This document shows positions 53,399-64,000 of a stretch of 64,000 nt of DNA, one piece after another (the first letter of the stretch is position 1; each line of letters opens with the position of its first letter). The stretch lies in the NCBI RefSeq assembly GCF_004010195.1, contig NC_057718.1, positions 6,238,857-6,302,856 of the forward strand. Reading direction: 5' to 3'. The translations under genes and the position numbers were made by a program. The stretch is from Chiloscyllium plagiosum. Its lineage: Eukaryota. The notes under the pieces were generated by a model that worked only from the letters and a program-made list of their open reading frames with translations, had not been told where the DNA came from and searched no databases.

Positions 53399-53589
53399 AG
53401 TTAGACAATGATTTGATCACAAAAGGTGTCACGGGTTATGGCAGCCTTGGAAAGTGGATATTAGATCACAATTAGATCAGGCAGATAGACTTGAGGGGCT
53501 GAGTGGCCTTTATACATTCCTTATTCCTGTGTTTTTGCATGATGATGTTACTTTCAGCCGCGGAAGCCCCGGCCTCAGCATAGGCCTGG

Positions 53590-53910
53590 CGTGGTGGCAT
53601 AGCGGTGTCTTGGCCCCGTGTGGCAGTGTCTTTGCCTGGCATGGGAACTCTTGGACTGGCATTGTAGTATCTTGGCCCGGTTTGTCGGTGTCTTGTCCTG
53701 GCATAGAGGTGTCTTGGCCTGGTGTGATGGTGTCTCAGCCAGTGTGGTGATTGTCTTGGATCTGCATGGCATCCTCTTGGACTGGCATAGTGGTGGCTCG
53801 GCCTGATGTGGCTGTATCTTGGCCCAGTGTGGCCATGTCTTTGCCTGGCATAGCAGTGTCTCAGCATGGTATGGCATTCTGCTGGACTGGCATGGTGATC
53901 TCCCAGCAGC
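53590..53910. repeat. Degenerate 21-bp minisatellite, consensus about CCTGGCATAGCGGTGTCTTGG, roughly 15 units
   Basis: Units recur every 21 bp, mostly ending in TCTTGG or TCTCAG. Confidence 0.8.
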
Positions 53911-54582
53911 CCAGCGTGGTGGTCTTCTGGTGCTACATGCCAGTCCCTTCACCTGGCATGACCTCGGCGTGGAGCTCTGGTCTCGAAGTGATACCAGAGC
54001 AATTTCTAGGCCTCCTGAACTCCCAGGCGCTTCCAGAGCCTAGGCCCAGAGGTTAGGTGGATCTGGGTCTGGATGACTGTTAGACTGAATCTTTCTTCTC
54101 TCCATTTTCTAATCTATTCCTAAAATCTGAAATGCTGGATTTTTTTTACTTCTCTATTTTGCCAGGAACTGTAACTGAAGAATCTGTCCTTAGGGACCTC
54201 TGTACCTCAGTTGGCACCGTAAGCTTTGACCTGTACATTTTCTCACTGCACTCTTTTGAGTACATGTGACAATAAAACTCATCCTAAATCGAATTCTAAT
54301 TGATGGAACGGATGCAATGTCAAGTGATAACAAAGTGATCAGTCAGACTGTTGCCCAGTTATCTTGTTGATGGGCCTGGTGTGAAACTCTATGCCATGTA
54401 ACGGGAGAGAATTGTTACTCTCGCAGTCAGCATCATTTCAACTTGAAATGCGACAAAGCACAGGAGAACATACAATAGCTACTACCATCTGGAAACATCA
54501 ATTCATCCAGCCTTGCAGGGAAAAGAATTTCTATTTTGTTTCTAAGTGATGCCTGAATTCCATCCACTTCCTGACCTGAATT

Positions 54583-54875
54583 GGAGCAGTGTGGTAGCTC
54601 AGTGGTTAACACTGCTGCCTCACAGCACCAGGGACCTGGGTTTGATTCCGGCCTCGGGTGACTGTCTGTGTGGAGTTTGTACATTCTCCCCGTATCTGGT
54701 GGGTTTCCTCCCACAATCCAAAGATGTGTAGGTCAGGTGAATTGGCCGTGCTAAATTGCCCATTGTGTTAGGTGCATTAGTCGGGGGTAAATATGGGGGT
54801 GGGTTACTCTGCGGAGGGCCGTGTGTGGACTTGTTGGGCCTAAGGGCCTGTTTCTATACTGTAGGGAATCTAATC
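54583..54875 (+). mobile_element. V-SINE (HE1-like)
   Basis: Head, core and ctaatct tail. Confidence 0.8.
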
Positions 54876-55639
54876 TCTGATTAAGATAGGAGTAAGGAAT
54901 CATTTAGCAGGTTATTAACCAGGCCAAGCTGGTGCTAGTTCATTTTCAAAATCTACTCCCAGGTATCAGCCGAGAGCATTAGTCCCTCAATTATATCAAC
55001 CAGCAGCATGTAACATTAAATGGACCACAATGTGTTTTGCTTCAGTAACATGTTCACTGTTTTCAAATTATCCACTTACAAATTTCCTATTTCCCCTACA
55101 GCACCACTTTGCAATTCCGGGGATGATATTTCCTCTCAATTATATTTCACAATTGGTTGCTGTGTTCAGTTTCGGATACTGCCCGTCAGGAATGAAACGT
55201 TGGCCTGAGGAGCAGGTGAAATGTTGGTTCACCAGGACCTAAAGCATTGAATGATCTGAACTGAAAGCATGAACCAGGCTGGTGTACATTGTGGCTTACA
55301 GGGTTGAGGAGCAATCGAAATCAAGATATTTATAATGATTAATGTATTCAACAAGATAGATGCAGATAATTATTTCCTCTGGTGGGAAACCAAGAATGAA
55401 ACGACATCATGGTCAATTAAAACCAGAACCAAGAGCAGTTCAGGAATTGGACGGAATTCAGACATCACTTAGAAACAAAGTAGAAATTCTTTTCTCCTAC
55501 AATTGATGTTTCCAAATTACTGAACAGTCATTAGATGTATAGCAAAATAAGTTAGATAAAATGTTATTATAAATGTAATTCTATTTTATTATAAACATAA
55601 ATCTCTATCATCCTATATATTCATTCATAATTCTATTAA

Positions 55640-56110
55640 GGTTCACTGGGATGATCCCTAGTACGGAAGGTTTGTCTTCTGAGTTAAGGTTAAACAGGTT
55701 AGGATTCTACACACTGAAGTTTGGAAGAACGTGAGGTAATCTCATTGAAACATACAGGATTCTTCAGGGTCTTGACAGGATCAATACTGAGAGGGTGTTT
55801 CCCCTCATGGGGAGAAACTCGGACCAGAGGGTACAGTCTCTGAATAAAGGGGAGTCAATTTAAGACTGAGGTTGGGAGGAATTTCTTCTCTCGGAGGGTT
55901 GTGAGTCTTTGGAATTCCTTGCCACAGGGAGAGTCGTGGGGGTACAGTCCTGATGTACGTTTAAAGCTGAGATAGAGAGATTCTTGATCAGTCGGGAAAA
56001 GGGCAGGAAAGTGGATGTGAGGAGTGTCGAATCGGCCATGATCCTATAGAAAGACGGATCAGAGTCGAGGGGCCAAATGGCCTACTCCTGTTCCACCTTC
56101 TTTTGGCTCT
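55640..56110 (+). mobile_element. CR1 LINE 3' fragment
   Basis: Decayed RGNLIETYRILQGLDRI and FFSRRVV type remnants plus the shared CR1 3'UTR. Confidence 0.75.
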
Positions 56111-56715
56111 TATATAGAGTCTGACCTGATTTAGTTCATCAGCTCAAGGAACTGAATGACTTTGACCTTTTCTGATTTTCTTACAACCTTCCATCCATTC
56201 GACTTCCGGGGATGGCTCTGAGCTCCTGCTTGCATTTTGATCAATTCTGTTTGTTAGTACTTCAGAGACCCTTACAGAGAAAATAGGAGTGGGATAGACC
56301 ATTCAGCCCTCTGAGCCTGCTTTGCCATTCAATATCCTCATGGCTGGTCATCACCCGCTTTCTTCCCATACCTTTTGATCTGCTGAGATGTTGTCATTAT
56401 TTTATAAGTGTCAGCCTCAATACCATGGGACTAGTTATCCTGGTATGGGTCCTTACTCAACATGGGCAGTGCCCAACAAAATAAAAATTGAGCATTGTCA
56501 GCCAAGAGAATATGCTGTGCCAACTTTCTGCTTGGCAAATTTAATTACCAGAAAATCAATAGCAGTAACTTAAACTAGAGTTACTAATGGTTTTGTGAGA
56601 AAAAGAAAGAGCAAGAGTATTGTTTGCTTCCCAAATTGTAATTTGGCCAGAAGGTACCCAGGAGTGCACTCTTGATCACAAGTTGAGAGAAATTGGTAGA
56701 GTTATGGATCTTACA

Positions 56716-57445
56716 ATTGAATTGATTTAGATTGAATTGAATTTATTGTCATGTGTGCCGAGGCACAGTGAAAAGCTTTGTCTTGTGAGCAATACAGGCA
56801 GATCACAGAGTTAAGTAGCTTAAATAGTAAATAATAGATAAACAGTGGCAAAAGCAAAAACACAGGTACAGGCAAATGTTAAGAGTTTGTGAGTCCATTC
56901 AGTATTCTAACAACAGTAGGGTAGAAACTGTTTTGAAACCGGCTGGTGCGTGTGTTCAGGTTTCTGTACCTTCTCCCCGATGGTAGAGGTTGTAGAAAAA
57001 CATTGCCAGGGTGGGATGGATCTTTGAGAACGCTGGCGGCCTTTCCTTGACAGCGGGCCTGATAGATGGATTCTACAGATGGGAGTTTGGCCTTTGTGAT
57101 TGTCTGGGCCGAGTTCACCACTCTCTGTAACCGTCTCCGATCTTGAATGGTACAGTTGCCATACCAGATAGTGATGCATCCAGACAGAGTGCTCTCGATG
57201 GTGCACCTATAAAAGGTGCCATGCCAAATTTCCTCAGCTGCCCGAGGAAGAAGAGACGTTGTTGGGTCTTTGTAACCAGTGCGTCCACATGAAGAGTCCA
57301 AGAAAGCTTGTTGTGGATGACCACTCCCAGGAGCTTGACACTCTCCACTCATTCCACCTGTGTGCTGTTAGTGTGTAGGAAGGGGCATGAGTAACATCCT
57401 GCTGAAAGTCAGTAATGAGTGCTTTGGTTTTCTAACATTGACAGC
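56716..57445 (-). mobile_element. Rex1/Babar-type LINE RT C-terminal fragment, frameshifted
   Basis: Two ORFs join as LLGVVIHNKLSWTLH...QQRLFFLGQLRKFG / FYRCTIES...WYGNC...LPSGRRYR...RFQNSFYP; (caatt)n tail. Confidence 0.85.
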
Positions 57446-59389
57446 TAGGTGATTACAAATGGCAATTGCTGGTTGGTTAGGATAGTGGAGAGAACAATAA
57501 AGGCAATTTGACTACTCAATGATTAGTTTGCATTTCTTCTATCAGTACAGGAAGAAACACAACTTCAGACTCCCCTTGGTCTTTGACGTTGATGGTGTGT
57601 TGAAGTCACCAAACTGCTTGTGTATGGCAGATTAAGGGTTGATTTGAATGTGGTGTTTTCTCTGTTGGGGCAGTCACAATTGGGGGTGATGCTGAGGATA
57701 AAAACACATATTGTGTTTATTGTAAATATGGAATTGTCTCACAAAACATGGATGAATCTGAGGGTTTAATTGAAAATGTCAACACTGAGATTGACAGATC
57801 TTTAATCAGGTATGAGTGTTAAAGAAAAGAGTCGGTAAAGTAGAATTCAGCTGTGGATTGTCTATGATCTAATAAGGTCGAGAATGGTCTGATTAACCAA
57901 CCCCTGTTCCAATGTCACTATAAGGAAGGATAGTTACTGTGAAGCTCAGCTCTATTTCCATTTAGTTAAGGTCAACAAGATGAGCTCATTCTAGCAGTAT
58001 CCAGCTGAACTATGCTCCTACAAACAGTTGCCAGCAGACACAATGTACATTAGAATAAATGCTGCAAACTTGAGAAGGATCCCACCATGCAAACTATTCT
58101 GAAAACAAACAATTCAACATTCCTGGGAACATAAAACATTCCATGCACAACATTACTTCATTAAAAGAACACAAGAAAAGAGAGACTTTGATGACCTGGA
58201 TTCTGTTTCGAGAAGAACTACAAAGCAAAATCCTTGATGAAAGATACCAGGAAAAAGTGAGTAAGTGTTTCTTTCAGTCTTCTAGCTAGATTTCTGAGCT
58301 GCCTAAGCTTGACTCTGGAAATGAAGAAGCTGTCTTAGGAAGAGAGTTTAAACAGTTAAGGCCTATACTCACTGTGTTTTAAAGATTGAGGTGTATAAGA
58401 TGTTAAAGGGGATTGACAAAATAGACGTAGAGATGATGTTTCCTCACGTTGGACATTCTAGAATGAGAGATCATAGTTTTCGGATAAAGGGTATTTAAAG
58501 TAGAGATGAGGAGAAATTATTTCTCTCAAAGGTTTGTAAATCTGTGGAATTCACTCCCCCCCCAGAATATGGTGGATGCTGGGGCATTGAGTAAATTTAA
58601 GAAGCAGATGGACAGATTTTGAATTAGTAACAGGTTGAAGGGTGATGGAAAGCAGGCAGGAAAGTGAAGTTGAGGCTGAGACAAGAGCAGCCATGATTGT
58701 AATAAACAGTGGAACAGGCTGGACGGGCTGAATGACACACTCATGCTCCTAGTTCTTATGTTCTTATGAGCTTTTGAGGTACTTTATGCTCAAATGCAAG
58801 TGAGAATATGGGGGAAGAGGTTCAAACCAGTTCCAAATTGAGGACTGACATCAGGACATTCTTCATGGCTTGATGGGTAGTTTGAATTTTTACATAATGG
58901 CATATTTAAATACAGGGTGAAAGTGAGTACTGCAGATGCTGGAGATTAGAGACAAGAGTGTGGTGCTGGCAAAGCACAGCAGGTCAGGCAGCATCCAAGG
59001 AGGAAAATGATGAAGGGCTTTTGCCCGAAACGTCGATTTCCTGCTCCTCGGAAGCTGCCTGACATTCTGTGCTTTTCCAGCACCACACTCTTGACTCATA
59101 CTTAAATATATTTCTATCTCCATTAAAATCAATGTAAGAGTGAAATCAGGCAGGGTGCAATCTGGGTAGTCAATTCACATTGCACCATTGTCTAACAGCA
59201 AAGCTACCTCAGATCTGTGAGTGACAAATGGAATAACATTCAATAAACAGAGTGGAGGCCAAACTGAGAAATATTTAAGGAACACTGGAAAGCTGCAATG
59301 AAACAGTAAAGTTTTGGATCTCTCTGGAAAGATGAATGGAAATGAGCTGAATGGTCATTCTTTTCAGTCATTGTTTTGTTGCCATAGAT

Positions 59390-60820
59390 TCATTGAGTCA
59401 TACGGCATAGAAATAGGCCTTTTGGCCCACCATGTGTATGTTGACCAAACTACACCAAAGTAGGGCAACGCGGTGGCTCAGTGGTTAACACTGCTGCCTC
59501 ACAGCACCAGGACACAGGTTCAATTCCAACCTCAGGTGACCATCACTGTGGAGTTTGCATGGTTTCCTTATGTCTGCGTGGGTGTGCTCTGGTTTCCTCC
59601 CACAATCCAAAGATGTGTAGATTAAGTGAATTGGTCATGCTAAATTGCCCATAGTGTTCAGGGATATGTAGGTTCAGGGTAAGTGTAGGGGAATGGGTCT
59701 GGATGGGTTACTCTTTGGAGGGTCTGTGTGGACATGTTGGACCCAATTGCCTATTTCCCAACTGCAGGAATTCTAATTCTACACTAATCCCATTTACCTG
59801 CACTTGGTCCATAGCCCACTGTGCCCTGACATTTTAAGTGCTTCTTCAATGTTGTCAGAATGTCTGCCTCCACCACTCCACCACCCTCTCAGGTACTACC
59901 TTCCATTTTTCTACCAAACTTTGGATGAACGTTATTTCTCAGATCCCCATAAACTTATGGCCTGTGGGTTTAGACACATCTGCCATGGGGAAGAGAGTCT
60001 CATAATCTACTCAGTCTATAGCTTTTATAATTTTGTGTATCTCAAACTGATCCACCCACAGGCTCCTCTGCTCCAGGGAAAACAAACCCAACCTATCCAG
60101 TTCCACCTCATAACTGAAACCTTTCATCCAGGCAACATCCTGGTGAATCTCCTCTGCACCTTCTTCAGTGCAGTCCCATCTTTCTGACAACATGACCACC
60201 AGAACTGCACACAGGATTCCATCTATGGCCTAATCAATGTTTCAGAATGTTGTAACAAGAATTCCTTGCTCCTAAATTCTACATCCATGTTAATGAAGGC
60301 AAGCATTCCATATACCTTCTTCCCTGTCTACTTGTGCTGACAACCTTCAGGTGTCTATAGACTTGTATATCAAGGTCCCCTTGTTCCTCAGTACTCCCTT
60401 GTGACCTGTCATTCACTGTGTTTATCATGCCCTTAGAGACCTCCTAAAATGCATCACCTCACACTTATCAGGATTAAATTCCATCTGCCCAATTTGCCAG
60501 CTGATTAATATGAGACTGCAGGTGAGATCATTCTCCTCATCATTAAAAACAGCACCAACTTTTGTATCCATTCCTGTGGTAACAGCTCTCACAGGCTTCC
60601 AGTTACAAAAACAACCCTCCACCATCACCCTTACCTCCTGTTTGCCAGCTAAATTGGATTCCATTTGATAACTTGCCATAGATCCCACAAGTTCTTACAT
60701 TTTGGACCAGCCTTCCATGTGGGACCTTGTGAAAAGCCTTCCTGACGTTCATTTACACAACACCAAAAGCACTATCCTCATCAATGTAGTTCGTGGCATT
60801 TTCAAAAAAAGTAATCATGT
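59390..60820 (-). mobile_element. Longer CR1 LINE fragment interrupted by a V-SINE (59462-59778, +)
   Basis: RT remnants QMEFNPDKCEVMHF and LDRLGLFSLEQR. Confidence 0.8.
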
Positions 60821-62289
60821 CAGCCACTGGAGAAATATTGTGCATTGGTTGCTATTTCCAGCATCACTATTTTCCTCACCTAATAATAATTGAAATTCCT
60901 TTATCACTGCTTTTAAAAAAATGTTCGATTTTGGGACATTGTGGTTTTTGAACAGTTGGATTAGAGTCAGTACAAATGTACTCAGATGAGGAAATTTATG
61001 ACAAGACTCATTCAGTTCTGCCAGGATTGAATAGAAATGTGATTGTTTTTCAAGAAGAAAGTTTAAAAAAAGCATCCGTGGGGTTTATTGCAACACAGCT
61101 CAAAAAGCAGAAGACTTTTAAATCATCTGAACTGCAGACGAGTTGTAAACTCCAGAGATAGAAAGGAGGAACTTAATGTCCTAATTGTAATATTTCCCTT
61201 ATGCAAGCAATCTTGTAGAGAAAATGGGTTATAAGTTCCATTATTTTCGGCAAATGTATGCCCTATACATTACAAGAGGATGTGGGCTAAGTGATTTACT
61301 CAAACGAGTGAAAAGATGGATGATTGAATTCCCAGTGAGAGTAATTGAGTGGAGTATATGAAGTTATTGCATTATGGCTTCACACTCAGACCCAGAAAGC
61401 CAGAATTTCACAATTTCTGGCACTGAACACGAAGATATAATTTAATCAAGGTGTTCAGATGCTGTCTATTACTCGGATTCAAACTGAAATAGGTTCCACA
61501 TTTGAACAGACTTGAATTTTTTTATTTGTCCAATGATGCTAATTCCCAGCTTGCCTCAGCCAAGTGACATGCATGTAGGCATAGCCAGTGAATACAGACT
61601 GGTAGATAATGTATTGCATCATATGCCACTCACACTCTGTCATTCATTGACCAGCCCACCGAAGAACATCCTTCAACAAAAACAGAAACTCAGCAGGTTC
61701 TGTGGAGGGAGAAACAGAGCTAATATTTCAAGTCTAGTATAACTCTTCGGAACTCACTTTCACCGAAAAACATCCGACTATGCTTTATATCCCTTTAGGC
61801 AGCCTGGCAAAGTTCATCATTCCATTCACATCACAAAGCTCATCCTTCATTCACACTTGTCCCGTGCTCACAAAACTGAAAATCCTTTCCCTCAATGGCT
61901 CACTAAAGATCATCCAAGTTTATTTTTGCATTAGTCTATCAAACATCAGCCTTCATTAAATTCCATCCTGGTAGCCGGTCATCAGACCTAGTGCCTTTCT
62001 TTTTGCTATCTGGATGGGTACATGAATAGGAAAGGTTTAGTGGGATATGGATTAAATGCTGGCAAATGGGACTGCGTTAATTAAGGATATCTGGTTGGCA
62101 TGGACGAGTTGAACCAAAGGGTCTGTTTCTGTGCTGTACATCTCTGTGACTCTATGACCTCACCCCTCCTGATCTCTGTAATCTTCTCTAGCCACACATC
62201 TCTCCAAGATATCTGTGTTCCTCTAATTCTGGCCTTCTAGTTTGAACATCTCCACAATTGGCTATGCCGTTGGTTGCCTGGGTTCCACA

Positions 62290-62648
62290 GTCATGGAATC
62301 ACTGCATCCCCACAGTGTGGAAGCAGGCCATTCAGCCCATCGAGTCCACATTGACCCCCTGAAGATCATCCCACCAAGACCCAGCTCCCCTACCGTATCG
62401 CTGTAAACCTGCATTTCCCATGGCTAATCCATCTAGCCTGCACACTATGAAACAATTTAGCATGGCCAACCCACCTTACCTGCACATTTTTGGACTGTGG
62501 GAGGAAACTGGAGCACCCGGAGGAAACCCACACAGACATGGGGAGAACGTGCAAGCTCCACACAGACAGTCGCCCAAGGCAGGAATTGAATCCAGGTTTC
62601 TGGCGCTGTGAGGCAGCAGTGCTAATCACTGAGCCACCATGCTGCCCC
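62290..62648 (-). mobile_element. V-SINE (HE1-like)
   Basis: Head, core and tail match the other copies. Confidence 0.8.
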
Positions 62649-64000
62649 CAATCATGTAGCCCCTCCCTGAAACTGACCATCTCTGCATCTTAACTTTCTC
62701 TCTTCGCATATTCCTTAAAACGATTTGACTAAGCTAATATTCTTTCAAGTGACTGTGTGTCATATTTTATTTTTTAATTGCCTTTGGGACACCTTATTAC
62801 ATTAGAGGTGCTATATGAATACAAGTTGTTGTTGTAGCATTTTAATGCAGGGATACTTTGTTAAGATACTTGACAGCAGCCAAGAGTTGACCAGAAATTG
62901 GAGTAATGTATTATTCAGACTTGTGGACATTAGGTTTTATCCCCTAAATGTCATTGATTAGGATTTTACTGAGTGGCAATTGATTTTTCAAGTTATCAGT
63001 TGATGTAATGAAATTTGAATTCATATTTTTTTGAACTTTAAGTCTACTATTCTGGATTACTAATCATATATCATAGCAGCAACTCCACCATTACATTTGG
63101 CTTAAGTCTAAGTATCATTTCACTGGTGTATTGAAGAGATTGCAAAACACAAATTCTGGCTTTACAACAAAAAAGTCATAGTTATTTCAAGCTGGAGACG
63201 GCTGCCTTGGACTGGCATCCCATTTATTTCTCTTGTGTTTTAAGCCATATTGAACTCAGATGAAGCGGGTCATAGCTCTTGCTGTCGACTGGCAAACCTT
63301 ACCTCGGAAGCTCATAGCTGAATGCAAAAAGCCCTTGGAAAATTTGATGTAGTGCTGTTACTAAAATAAAAAAAAACGTAAATGAATACATGGACATGAA
63401 GCAATCAAAAGGCTACACAACCCAATCACAGAGCCAATGCAAAAAACATGAAGCGCTGCTCCAGGGTCAACTTCCAACAGAACAATCCACAGAGAAGATG
63501 TGGATTGTTTCTTTTGTTCGTGGTATGCGGGTGTCATTGGCTGGGCCAGTGTTTGTTCCATGTCCCTATTAACTCTGAAGAAGATGGCGGCGGGAACCCA
63601 TTCAAATACTTAACAGCCGTCGAGGTGTGTTCATTACATTCACATTGGTGAATGACCCTTTGGTTTCACTTATAAATTCTATTTCCAATATATCATCCTT
63701 CACTAGTGCTGAAGAAGGAGCTGGGCTCCGAGAGCTTGTGTTTTCAAATAAACGTTTCGACTATAACCCGGTGTCATGTGATTTTTGACTTTGTTAACCC
63801 CAGTCCAACTCTTCCACGTGGCTCTGAAACTGCTGCAGTCCATGTGCTATAAATAGACCCACAATGGCTGTTGGGGAGGGAATTCTGAGATTTTTGACTC
63901 AGTGACAGTGAAGTAACAGTGATATATTTCCAAGTCATTATGGTGAGTGGCTTGGAGGGGAACTTGCAAGGGGTGGTGCTGCCATGTATCTGCTGCCCTT

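Noticed and set aside
53454..54056. Cluster of 60-130 aa ORFs, and a possible CRISPR-like array
   Set aside because: A GC-rich 21-bp tandem repeat explains the open frames; there are no unique spacers and the context is eukaryotic.
44000..64000. Search for neighbouring genes such as COX7A2 or TMEM30A
   Set aside because: No recognisable exons seen by eye; absence within 20 kb and across a gap is uninformative.

Overview
Vertebrate genomic DNA. The repeat content (V-SINE/HE1-like SINEs, CR1, Deu-core SINE, Penelope-derived elements) suggests a shark or other elasmobranch; this is an inference. The window holds the 5' part of a collagen XII alpha-1 type gene on the minus strand. I reconstructed 11 coding exons with canonical GT-AG sites, all phase 1: 2434 nt, about 811 codons, domain order signal peptide-FN3-vWA-FN3-vWA-FN3-FN3. 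The gene continues beyond position 1. The signal-peptide exon (43689-43761) and the first FN3 exon (36689-36805) are absent from the supplied ORF track. Introns and the upstream region are packed with retroelements, and there is a 500-N gap at 50500-50999. The most notable non-coding signal is about 14 copies of a minimal hammerhead-ribozyme core (CTGANGA-A-stem II-GAAA-palindromic ACGT/AGCT-NUH). They sit in two short, often fold-back, Penelope-like element families flanked by 9-16 bp direct repeats, and several intact copies are in the sense of the collagen pre-mRNA. Also seen: a 189-bp near-perfect inverted repeat next to coding exon 3, an 88-bp perfect inverted repeat, a sense-oriented solo LTR with promoter and polyA motifs, a CpG-rich TATA-containing element inside an intron, and candidate alternative 5' exons. 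Repeat boundaries are approximate; exon boundaries were read to the base.
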